Source: Mustelus asterias (taxonomy: Eukaryota). From it: DNA of 64,000 nt. Both the position numbers and the translations under genes were made by a program. Positions 12,579-23,994 of the stretch are shown in pieces. The DNA lies in assembly GCF_964213995.1 (NCBI RefSeq), contig NC_135812.1:19468001-19532000 (forward strand), read 5' to 3'. The notes beneath the pieces were generated by a model that was not told the DNA's origin, did not search any database, and saw nothing but the letters and a program-made list of their open reading frames with translations. Positions within the stretch are counted from its first letter, which is position 1. The number at the start of each line of letters is the position of its first letter.

Positions 12579-14390
12579 TGAAACCGTTCAGAAACAAAAT
12601 TAGTGATTAAATTACAATGGATTTACAACAGGATTCTCATGTACTATTTTGTAAGTTACACACTATCTGGATTTAAAACTTTCTTACCCAGATTTAATCA
12701 TAAATGAACAGCTGTGATTCTTTTATACTGCAGAGAGGCTTATTATACCTTCTGATGAAAATAAAATACAGTTTTACATTAATTTATTGCAAAAAATATT
12801 AGGTATGCAAAACAGAATCAGAATCCTAAATATATATTTTAGAAATATTTCCATGGACATACCAAAGAACCAAATGGGAGCGGCCCTTTAAGATCGATCT
12901 GCGTCATGATTAACCAAAAATGACATGTTCAATATGGCAATAAAATTTCCATTGATTCCTTAGGCAATCACTATTTGACATTACAATGGCAGTTCATCAA
13001 GCTGACATCTTAAAGGACCACTCCCTTCTCAGAAATTGCTGCAGTTGAGAGTCCTATAGGTTCTTTTAATTAATCATTAGCCAAATGCTTCCAAGTTATG
13101 TAATATGAATTGCAATGGAACTTAGACATGAAAAATATAGCGAATAGTTGAGGCTCCAGCCAAGGTCCTTGTGGGAGATCCCGAGTCACTTCCTTCCAAT
13201 TCAAGTACTTAACTATTATCTCTGACTCTCTGTCTTCTGTACCCTATCCAATCTCCTAAACAGATCAATAAACTGCCTTCAATTACTGAGCTTAAATATT
13301 AGTTAATGATCTCTTAAGTAGAATCGAATCAAATGCCTCTGGAAATCCACATAAATTATACCCACTGGCACTCTGTTGTTCACTACATTAGTTATTTGTT
13401 CAAAAAATTCAATTAAGTTTGTTGAACATGACCTGGTATTTACAAATCCATGTTGGCTCTGTCTAATAAGCTCAAATTTCTCTTAGTGTTCAGTCACCCT
13501 GTCCTTAATTATAGATTCCAATAACATCCCCACAGCAGATGTTAGACTAACAGGTCTATAATTTCCTACTAGGGCAAATCTGATCACATTGGTTGTGCAC
13601 ACAACAGTACCATAATGAAAAACAGAAGCGAAATACCATGATACTGGAAATAAATCCAAGTAGAAAATGCCCAACATATTCAGCAGGTATAGTAACATTT
13701 ATAGCTAATAGAAACAAAATTAACCTCAGGCCAACTTGGTCAGCAATCTGAAACATTAACTCTCCACAGATGCTGCTTGACCTGCTAAGTATTTTCTTTT
13801 TAAATTTGAGGTTTCCATCACAAGTATTTTTCTTTTGATTTATTTTTTATTGCCTCTCCTGCTATTATTTTTGACTCTGGTGCATATCAGTTCTGTCACT
13901 TAACCGTTCCTTTTCTCCATGATAGTATTTCCAGGTCGTTGTATCTTTTAATCTTTCCTCTTCTTCCTCTTTGTTCTGTCCCTATTTTGAAGCACATCTC
14001 TGTGATATCTTTCAGTTTTAGTTAATGTTCTCTACCTCAAGCATCAGCTGAATTCAATTTTCTCCACAGATGCTGCCTGGCCAAATGAGCATCTCCAGAG
14101 TTTCTCAATTTTGGTCGAAGATTTTCACCAGTTGCGATATTTAAAGTTTTTTTTCCGTCTATCTGGTATACACTGTGTCATTTCCACCATATCTAAATGC
14201 TGAGTCCTCCAGACTAGCGAAACTGGGATTTCAAAGTTATTAAAATGGCTCGGGTCTCTGGGTAGCAGGATTGCGAGCATTAATCTGGAAATGTTACAGT
14301 AAACTGCTGTCTTGATCTGCTTCTCAGGACCAGGTACTCCATCTTTAAACCAGTTTATATTTAATATTCATTTCTGATATGTGCAGATTT

Positions 14391-14662
14391 GGTGGCACAG
14401 TGGTTAGCTGGGTTTGATTCCCGGCTTGGGTCGCTGTCTGAGTGGGGTCTGCATGTTCTCCCCATGTCTGCGTGGGTTTCCTCCGGGTGTTCCAGTTTCC
14501 TCCCACAGTCTAAAAGACGTACTGGTTAGGAGCATTGACCATGCTAAATTCTCCCTCAGTGTACCCAAACAGGCGCCGGAGTGTGGCGACTATGGGGGTT
14601 TTCACAGTAACCTTATTGCAGTGTTAATGTAAGCCTACTTGTGACTAATAAATAAACTTTTA
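14391..14662 (+). mobile_element. V-SINE subfamily with alternative tail (..GTGTACCCGAACAGGCGCC..AATAAATAAACTTT)
   Basis: Same head and V-domain as the HE1-like copies, different 3' half. Copies at about 14944-15248(-), 16043-16320(-), 26358-26645(-), 33578-33855(+), 60405-60705(-) and 62641-62930(+). Confidence 0.85.
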
Positions 14663-15523
14663 ACTTGAGATTTTAACATTAAGAAAAAGTTAGTTGCACA
14701 TCTTTCAAGCTATTCAGGGCATGCAGAGGGTGTACATATTTAAGAATGACTTCCAGTCTTTTCAAAAAGCAAATACACTTCCACCATTTGAATTAATATT
14801 CATTTTTGTCCAAATGTCACTTATTTTAATGCCCCTCTGAGGCCGAAAAATAATTTCCTTTAATTTAACAGAGTAGCAACTTGCTTCTACATTTTACCAT
14901 CATCAATCTCGCTCTTCATTGCCAGTCCTCATTCTTATCATTAAAGTTTAAAATGTATTTATTAGTGTCACAAGTAGGCTTACATTAACACTGCAATGAA
15001 GTTATTCTGAAAATCTTCTCGTTGCCACACTCCTGCGGCGCCTGTTCGGGTACACTGAGGGAGAATTAAGCATGGCCAATACACCTAACCAGCACATCTT
15101 TCAGACTGTGGGAGAAAACCGGAACACCCGGAGGAAACACATGCAGACATGGGGAGAACGTGCAGACATTGCACAGACAGTGACCCAACCCAGGAATCAA
15201 ACCTGGGTCCCTGGTGCTGTGGGGCAGCAGTGCGAACCACCGTGCCACATTATATAAAGGCTAATTTATAAAAACAAACTGCTTTAACTAAATCCATGTC
15301 AAGGCAACAAACAACATTTTCATCAGTTAGTGACCTACTTCGTTTTTTTTTCTCATTGCCAGTTGTTAGCCCAGTCCTGGGTTTTGAAGGCAACTTTTCA
15401 ATGGCATTTTATCTGCAGTGATTTGTTTTGCCTCGGGGAGGTGCTGAATCGCTTTAATGTTGCGCTCACTTCCTACATCGTCAGAGTGGGCGACAGTGTT
15501 ACACATGGAGAGAAGAGGCAGCA

Positions 15524-15823
15524 ATGGAGGCAGATGCTAACGGGGAAATGCAATGGCAAACAGTGGAACAGAGAAAGTGTGGGGGAGAAAACCTGTATTA
15601 CAAAATGTACTGCCTCAAAATGGAGCAGTTTCCAGCGGACGTCCACAGGTTCTGTGACCCTCAGCTACAACACGGGCGGAGAAGGGAGCTGGTTCAACTA
15701 CTGAGGAACATTGATGAATTCAGTTGCCAAAAGCTGCAAATATTATTTTCTTTTTCTGTCCCGAATCTAGAAGCGATCACCTTTATTTCCGATTTAAATC
15801 AGCCTGTGGTTTCAGCTGGTGCT
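15524..15823 (+). CDS. Uncharacterised class I SAM-dependent methyltransferase-like protein, coding exon 1 (100 aa)
   Basis: ATG in good Kozak context (GCAATGG). Ends LFSFSVPNLEAITFISDLNQPVVSAGA at a consensus GTAAGT donor, phase 0. The true start could be further upstream: a possible acceptor sits at 15483-15484 and the frame is open from 15458. Confidence 0.85.
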
Positions 15824-16448
15824 GTAAGTACCACTTAAAATTACAGCATGATCGCATTGTCTCAATCAGCAACTGCTCACACTGACAAGTCTGGGTTGTA
15901 CGCCCTCTCCCTGTCACTCTCCTCATGTACAATATCTAGATTCTTTGCTAACTTTCCGAATCTTTAAATGATTATTCTAGAAATACATTTATCACCTGAA
16001 AGCAGGCTGAGGTAAAGGCATGTCGACCCAGGTGCCACCAAAAAGTAAAGTAAAAGTTTATTTATTAGTCACAAGTAACGCTGCAATGAAGTTATTGTGT
16101 AATTCCCCTAGTCGCCACATTCCGGCACCTGTTCAGGTCAATGCATCTAACCTGCATGTCTTTCAGATTGTGGGAGGAAACCAGAGCACCCGGAGGAAAC
16201 CCACGTAGAGACAGGGAGAATGTGCAAACTCCACACAGACAGTGACCCAAGCCAGGAATCGAACCCGGGTCCTAGGCGCTTTGAGGCAGCAATGCTAACT
16301 GTGCCGCCCACAGTGCCGCCCAAAATTGACTGGCGAAAAGTTACAATCTCACACCCTGGACATAAATCCTGAGACATTTGAAAATGTAATTGCTCTCTCT
16401 TTTGTAGTGTGGTGTGCTGAGCACACTCCAATTGACCTATTAATATAA

Positions 16449-16580
16449 CAGCGAAACACTGCGGATGCTGGAATCTGAAACAAAAACAGAAAATGCTGGA
16501 AAAGCCCAGCTGGACTGACAGCATCTGTGGAGAGAGAATAGAGCCAACGTTTTGAGTCAGGATCACCCTTCGTCAGAGCT
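16449..16580 (-). mobile_element. Short non-coding Penelope-derived repeat with degenerate hammerhead motif
   Basis: The - strand reads AGCT-CTGACGA-AGGGTGATCCTGACTC-AAAA-CGTT-GGCT..CTCCACAGATGCTG. Relatives at 13630-13840, 14040-14140, 30481-30587, 34397-34460 and 35623-35895. Confidence 0.65.
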
Positions 16581-19244
16581 CCCATTGACCTCTTTCCTGC
16601 CTTCCAGTTTGGCCACCATCATCTCTCGCTGCAACGTTCTCTGTCCCAATTATCTCATGTGGTAAATTATTTCACTCTCCAATCATCTGTGTAAAGAAAT
16701 TTCCTCTCCCTCTCACAATAAGAAAAGTAACGATTTTAAGTTGATGATCCCTTGTCACAGTCCTGCAATGAAAGGAAATAATTTCCCCAAATGCAATTTA
16801 TCAAAACCCCTTTGTCCTTTTTCATCAATTTAATATTTTGAGACGATAATTTCTCAAATAGGTGACAGCAGGTCGCTAAACTTCTAAAATGATAAGGTAA
16901 CACATGAGTCTCACAAACCGAGGTAAGTCATGGATTTGGACTGTACTGAATTGAACATAGGAAATAAGTAGGCCATTTGGCCCCTCAAGGCCGCGCTGTT
17001 CTTTCGTTGGATCATGGCTGATCATCTCCCTCAATGCCATTTTCCTCTATCTAGAAATCCATTGAATTGCCTTGAACATACTTGCCAAAAATTGCAAAGA
17101 GTTCCCGGTGTTTACACCTAGAGTGATAATTCCCAACAAAAAACAATATGGATGGCATGGTGGCACAGTGGTTAGCACAGCTGCCTCACAGCATCAAGGA
17201 GCCAGGTTCAATTCTGGCCTCTGATGACTGTGTGGAGTTTGCATGTTCTTCCTGTGTCTGTGTGAGGTCCCTCCTGATGCTACTGGTTTCCTCCCATAGT
17301 CCAAAGATGTGCAGGTTAGGTTGATTGGCCATGGCAAATTGCCCCTTAGTATCAGGGGAATTTGCAGGATAAATAAGTGGGGTTGCAGGGATTGGGCCTG
17401 GGTGGGATTGTTGTCAGTGTGGACTCAGTGGGCCAAATGGCCTCTTTCTGCACTGTAGGGATTCTATAATTCTATGAAAAAAGGTGCTGTGTTTGGAATT
17501 AAAAACACTCATATCCAATGACTGAGCCTCCACAATCCTGTGGGGTAGAGTATTCCAAGGATTTACCACCCTCTGAAAGAAGAAATTCCTCCTCATCCCA
17601 GTCCTAAATGACTTATCCTTTATCTGTGTCCCCTGGTTTTGCCGGCAAGGTGGCAGAGTGGTTAGCATTGCTGACTCAGTGCCAGGGACCCAGGTTCAAT
17701 TCCAGCCTCGGGTCACTGTCTGTGTGGAGTTTGCATGTTCTCCCCGTGTCTGGGTGGGTTCCCTCCGGGTGCTCCGGTTTCCTCCCATGGTCCAAAGATG
17801 TGCGGATTATGTTGATTGACCATGCTAAATTGACCCTAGTGTCAGGGGGATTAGCAGAGAAAAATACATGGGGTCATGGGAATAGGGCCTGGGTGGGATT
17901 GTGGTCGGTGCAGGCTCGATGGGTCAAATGGCCTCCTTCTGCACTGTAGGAATTCTATGATTCTATGGTTCCAGGTACTGCCACCCCCACTCCCAGTGCA
18001 CCCCAGCCAGGGGAAACATCCTTCCTCATCTACCTTGTTGAGCCCTGTGAGATTTTTGTATGTTTTCAATAAAACAGGCTGCCTAGAGGGTTCTTGATGT
18101 CCTGTTTATTGTATGCATTAATGCTGTGAAATCAGTCATTATACAAGGTAGTTAGACATGTGGATGAGCTATGCTGGGGAAGGGGGATGTGGGACTTCAA
18201 GGAGGAAGCCAAAAATTGCAGAGTTCATAGAGCTTACATCTGGAGTGATAATTCCCAGCAAAAAAAGTAGTATGGACAAAAAAGTTGATGTGTTTGGAAT
18301 TAAAAATTGGAGCCAAAAGTACTCCATGTGCGGAATATAACTTGCCAGGGAGAATGTTTAACCTAGAAAGGTGCTCAATATGGCTAAAGAATATGAGGCA
18401 ACAACAAACAAGTAACTAGGAAACTGTGTTATATTTTAAAGTCAGTTGAGTTCAGATCACCCAAAGTTGGAAGTGGATCAGAGGAGGTTTACTAGATTGA
18501 TACCAGCACCTTATGAGGAAAGGTTAGACAGACTGGACTTGTATCCATTGGAATTTAGAAAAGTGAGATGTGGCTTAATTGAAGTATCTAAGATCTTGAA
18601 GGCATTGACAAGGCAGATGTGGAAAGGATGTTTCCTCTTGTGGGTGAATCTGGAACTAAGGACAGTGTTTTAAAATTAGTGGGTTTTAAGACAGAGATGA
18701 GGAGAAAAACCTTTCTGTCAGAGGGTTGTGCAGCTTTGGAACTCTGCCTCAGAAGGCAGTGGAGGCAGGTCATTGAATATTTTTAAGATGAAGGAGATTG
18801 ATTCCTGTTAGGCTGGGGAATCAAGGGCTATCAGAGTTAGATGGGAATGTGGAATTTGAAACGCAGACAGACCAGCAATGATCTTATTGAATGGCGCAGC
18901 AGGCTGAATGGCCTACTTCTGCGCCTATTTCATATGTTTGCAAAGTCAAGTTGAAGTTGTGCAGTGCCCGTGGTGCGGATTATATCAGGATTACTGATAC
19001 ATTTCTGATCACTTTGAAGTAAGGGCACCATCACCTTTGGGATCAACACCAAGCTGAACAAAGAAGTGAATCTGTGATGCTTTGGAGGAGAGTATAGAGG
19101 AGACGTTGATAATCTCGAGCTCTTCAACCTTGAAAAGTAAAGGCTGGGAGGGAACTTTATAGACACATAGGACATATAGAATAGAGAAAGTAAATCCAGA
19201 CAATACTTGTGGGGCAAGGTACCATAAATCCAGAACTGTAAAAG

Positions 19245-19479
19245 TGTAATGAGTCTTCGGAGGCTAAAGTCCCTTCACCAAGATCCCTTTATTTACAATT
19301 CCGACAGCAGTACACAGAGTGCTATCAGTCAGCAGTCTACCTTCGGGAGTGCCAGAGGAACTGACACGCCCAATTAAATACAAGGAAAAGACTCCCTGAT
19401 TGGCCCATCAATTGACTCCTTAATCAGGGAATTCATTTTCCAATAGGCCAGCCTCAATGGCCTGATTGAAGTCATTACA
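19245..19479 (-). mobile_element. Solo LTR (235 bp), probably Gypsy-type
   Basis: Inverted termini TGTAATGA...TCATTACA, perfect 5-bp TSD AAAAG on both sides, AATAAA on the - strand. Confidence 0.85.
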
Positions 19480-19705
19480 AAAAGGCAAGATGTCGGGAAG
19501 TATTTCTTGACACAGGATGGTTAACTGCTGGAACAACTTTCTAGGAATCATGGTTGCAGTCAGGATTCTGTATTAATTCAAGAAAACCATACACCTTAAA
19601 GAAATGCTGTAGTCAGAAAGAATGACATCAAATAATTGAAGGACTGATCATCAGTTGCGATTCTAACATACCATGTTTAATCTTGCTTATCTTTTTTTGT
19701 GTTAG

Positions 19706-19810
19706 GGAACAGGGTACTGGGAGTTTCTGCTTCAGAGCCACGGAGTAGATCTGATATCATTTGATACAAATATTGTTTATCCGCCAGAAATGCGATATTC
19801 AGAGATTTTG
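19706..19810 (+). CDS. Methyltransferase-like gene, coding exon 2 (35 aa)
   Basis: Acceptor tttttttgtgttAG, donor GTACGT. GTGYWEFLLQSHGVDLISFDTNIVYPPEMRYSEIL completes the GAGTG SAM-binding loop and supplies the acidic residue at the end of beta2. Confidence 0.88.
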
Positions 19811-22800
19811 GTACGTACAATAATTTTACACAGTGACTAGACTCATGAGTGAGGTGAGGGGGCTTCTACCTGTCACTTTGCGTATAGATCCATGAAATAG
19901 AGTGACTTATAGAAAATTATGCATTTCTCTTTCTACTTTGCTTTGTTTGCCTGTAACAACTCTACCTTTGTTTTACCTTTGATTTAGTTTAAAAAAGAAT
20001 TTGCCAATAAATCTGCTTTGAAAAAATAAATCTAAACCTGAAACAGAGCTGCTTCAGCCTAAATTGTGGACTTCATTTCTGCACATAACAATGGCAATCT
20101 GCACTTAACTAACACCTTTCATGTAGTATACTGGCTTAATGTGCTTTCAAAGGCCAAGCAATGGTAAAAGAGTTTAGGAGAAGAGCAGAGATTTGCAAAA
20201 AAATTGTATATTTTGTGGTAACAAAGCAGAGGGATTGTGAGAGAGAATTCTACAGTCTGGAGCTTAGAAAGCCCATGATTGTACTAATAAAGGTGGAGCA
20301 GGAGGGTAGGATCGAAAGAGGGCCAGATCTAAAAGAGCAGAGAACATATACAATTGGGAGAGGGTACAGCATTGGGAAGGGATAAGTTGGAAGTGAATTA
20401 ATGAATGAAGAACTTTGCTCCATTACATAGAGCAGAAGCCATTAGCGGCTGGTGAGGACAGTGATGATGGGGGACTGTGACACAATATTTTGTTTATTCA
20501 TTCATGGGTTGTGGGTGTCACTGGATTGGCCACCCTCAATTGCCCTCGAGAAGATGTTGGTGAGTTGCCTTCTTGAACCGCTGCAATCCGTGTGGTGTAG
20601 GTACACACCCACAGTGCTGTTAGGAAGGGAGTTCCAAGATTTGACATAGTGACAGTGAAGGAATGGTGATATATTTCCAAATCAGGGTGCTAAGTGACTG
20701 GGTGGGGAACTTCCAGGTGATGGTGTTCCCATGTATTGCTGTCCTTGTCCTTTGAGTTGGGAGCGGTCATGGATTTGGAAGGTGCTGTCTAAGAACACAT
20801 GAAGTAGAAGCAGGAGAAGGCCACCATGCCCTTCAAGCCTGTCCCGCCATTCGGTCTGATTGTGGCTGATCTATCCTGGCCTCAACTCCATTTCTGTGAC
20901 ATTTCCCTCTATTCTTTGATCGATCAAATATTTATCCACTTCCGCTTTAAATACTTCTAATAATCCAGCCTCCACTATCCTTTGGGGCAGAGAATTCCAG
21001 AGATTCACCATCCTCTGCGAGAAGAGATTTCTACGCACCTCAGTTTTAAATGACCGGCCCTTTATCTTGTAGCTACGTCCCCTTGTTCCAGACTCTCCCA
21101 CCAGTGAAAACATCTCACCATTCACCCTGTCAAACCCCCCAGGAATAAGGTCAGCCCCACTCTTATAAACTCCAAGGAAAAGAAACACAGACTATTTAGT
21201 CTCTCTTAATAGGACAACCCTCTTATTCCAGGAATTAGCCGTGGTGAGTTGAGGCAGTGCATCTTGTAGGTACACTCAGCTGCCACTGTGTGTTGGTGGG
21301 TAATAAGAAACAGGATGCGGTCAATAGGTTTTGGGGATTAGTAAACATCAAACTGGGCTGCGTCAGTCTAATGACAGCTAGTTTTCCAGGATATATTTAC
21401 ACTTTTTTTCCTATATAGTCAACAAACCTTTTTCTCTTCCTTCTAAGGGGTGGCACGGTGGCACAGTGGTTAGCATTGCTGCCTCACAGCGCCAGGGACC
21501 CAGGTTCAATTCCAACCTTGGGTGACTGTCTGTGTGGAGTTCTCCCCATGTCTGCGTGGGTTTCCTCCGGTTTCCCCTCTCAGTTCAAAGATGTGTAGGT
21601 TAGGTTGATTGACCATGTTAAATTGTTCCTTAGTGTCAGGGGGACTAGCAGGGTAAATATTTAGGGGATAGGGCCCGGTGGGATTGCTGTCGGTGCAGGC
21701 TAGATGGGCCGAATGGCCTCCTTCTATACTGGAGGGAATCTATGAATAAATTCCTAATTTGCATCCAGTAGCAAATTGATGAGAGATTGGCCGTCACAAG
21801 TGCCCTTAGATCTCCAACATTTCATCTGTGGTACGCACGAGTATTTGTGAGGTGAATTGCACTGGATGCCATATTGGTACAGGCAATAGCATGTGCACAT
21901 TGAATGTCTGCTGTAAATATGGAGAACAGGTAGACCACTTCATTAGTTAGCTTGTAATGCTGATTTGACACCAGCAGCTCAACAACCTTGCCATCCTCCT
22001 GTCTTGCTGAACACATGTTCAGCAGCAAAAAAGACAAAAGCCAATCCGGCCCCTATTGGAAGGGATCATCGGTGACTTACAGATTAGCTCCCGGTTGATT
22101 TCTCCCGTTGGGTTGCGACAAGTGTTTGCTGCTTTCTATTTCACATTGCAGTGGTCCATAAGGTGTAGTGTGGCAGGATGATGCAAGATCTATTGTTGAC
22201 TTCAATGCTTTTGTGCCAACCAGCTGTTCTCAGGCCTGGGTGCATTGGGAGGTCTTTTGCAGACAGGACATACTGGGGCAATTTTCCACATCGGTAGATG
22301 CCAGTGTTGTAGCTGTACTGGGACAGCTTAGCGAGGGACATGGCTAGGTCCGGAACACCAGTCTTCAGTGCTATTGCCAGAATGTTGTCAGGGCCCATAG
22401 CCTTGGCAGTATCCAGTGCCTTCAGCCCTTTCATGTGGAGTGAACCGAACTGGCTGAAGACTGGCATCTGTGACGCTGGGGCCTTAAAGAGGTCGAGATG
22501 GATCATTCTATCAGCTCTTCTGTGTGAAAATGGTTGCAAATGCTTCAACCTTAGCTTTTGTCCTGATGTGCTGGGCTCCCCCATCATTGAGGATGGGAAT
22601 ATTTGTGAAGCTTCCTTCTCCCATTAGTCATTTAATTGTCCACCACCGTTCATGACTGCAGAGCTAAGGTATGATTTGTTGATTGCGGGGTCGTTTATCT
22701 CCGTGTATCACTTGCTGTTTGGCTTGCAAGTGGTCCTGTGTTGTCACTTCACCAGATTGGCACCTCATTTTTAGCTATGCCTGGTGTTGCATCTGGCATA

Positions 22801-23097
22801 CCCTCCCGCCCTCCTCATTGAACCAGGGTCGATTCCCTAGCCTGAAGATAATGGTAGGGTGGGAAATAAGCCGGGCCTAGAGGTTACAGACTGTGGTTGA
22901 TTACAATTCTGCTGCTGATGATGATGCATCGTATCACCAAGTACTGTTTGACTAACTTGACAGTATTGATCTAAGTTATAGATTTTTTTAAAAATTGTTT
23001 CCAGCTGGCCAAAGTTCACTGTCATTACAAATAGTTAACCTAAAAATAAGCTGGAGCAGAAAGTATATATTGCTGCATTTTCTTTTTGTGACTTTAG

Positions 23098-23167
23098 ACC
23101 AGTGGCCCTGAAATCCTGGAACAGTTTCCTGACAGAGTGCTTTTTCTAGCCTGGCCAGACATCGATG
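23098..23167 (+). CDS. Methyltransferase-like gene, coding exon 3 (70 nt, phase 0/1)
   Basis: Acceptor tctttttgtgactttAG, donor GTAAGA. TSGPEILEQFPDRVLFLAWPDID. Confidence 0.88.
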
Positions 23168-23701
23168 GTAAGAAATGAAGTGCTTACACTCCTCTTCTGG
23201 GGAGATTTTTCTCCAGCTCAAAGTAATTATTATTCTTTCCCAATGGCGCGCTGAGAAAAATGATGTAACCTTATGCACAATATATTTTTTAAATAGTTCA
23301 AGTGGGGTTGGGCTGGTACATTGCTGGAATTCATAGCAATTCGCTTAATTGAAGTTCAAAGATTAGAAAATAGCAAGATGAAGCTTCCTTGCACAATGCA
23401 TTTACTAATCAAGAAGTTTAGCAGTGAGATTTTATCTTTTGTTGCACAATTTGTTTAATTTGAATTGCGCAACAAGATTATCTGAAAGTAAGGGTTGTAA
23501 TTTATTTAATACGTCCAATTGTGTGGCTTTTAACACTTTGTATTTTAGCAAATTATTAAAGTAACAAGGCTGTGATTTGAGCAGAGAAAGATTTAACGGT
23601 AGCAAATAGCTAGAGTGGTTAAAGGTCATGACCTTTTTTCAGTACAGGAAACCATTCTTCATTTTTAATGAACATTTGATCATATTGTTTATGTTCCGCA
23701 G

Positions 23702-23994
23702 AGTCTTCAACATTTTCTCTCGATTGCTTGAACTATTTCAAAGGGGATACCGTCCTTCACGTCGGGGAGTTACTGGGTGAAACGCTGTCAGCCAATTATT
23801 GGGGACAGTCAACATCTCGCAGTTTCCAGCTGGCACTTGCAGAAGAGTTCTGCTGCCTGAGCAGGATTAAACTTCCAAACTGGCCAGGCCACTTAGACTC
23901 CTTAACCATGTGGAAAAGAAAGAGCGCTCAACCAGTTGTGTGCGATGGAGCAAATTTTCATTATGTGAACACGAAGTGCAGAGTGTATTTATAA
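23702..23994 (+). CDS. Methyltransferase-like gene, last coding exon (stop TAA 23992-23994)
   Basis: Acceptor tttatgttccgcAG; phase matches exon 3. ESSTFSLDCLNYFKGDTVLHVGELLGE..WGQSTS..F...LAEEF.....IKLPNWPGHLDSLTMWKRK..KCRVYL*. Confidence 0.88.

Noticed and set aside
12683-12727. TATAAAAG plus GTAAG donor on the - strand as TMIGD1 exon 1
   Set aside because: It would give an exon of only about 10 nt, and such motifs arise by chance in AT-rich DNA.
15330-15704. 124-aa ORF as a separate protein
   Set aside because: Alternative frame over methyltransferase exon 1; no recognisable motifs.
23977-23994. C-terminal CRVYL as a CaaX prenylation motif
   Set aside because: The Cys is at position -5, not -4.
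15524-23994. Microbial contamination or recent horizontal transfer as the source of the methyltransferase
   Set aside because: The gene has spliceosomal introns filled with host SINEs and LINEs and is contiguous with vertebrate genes.
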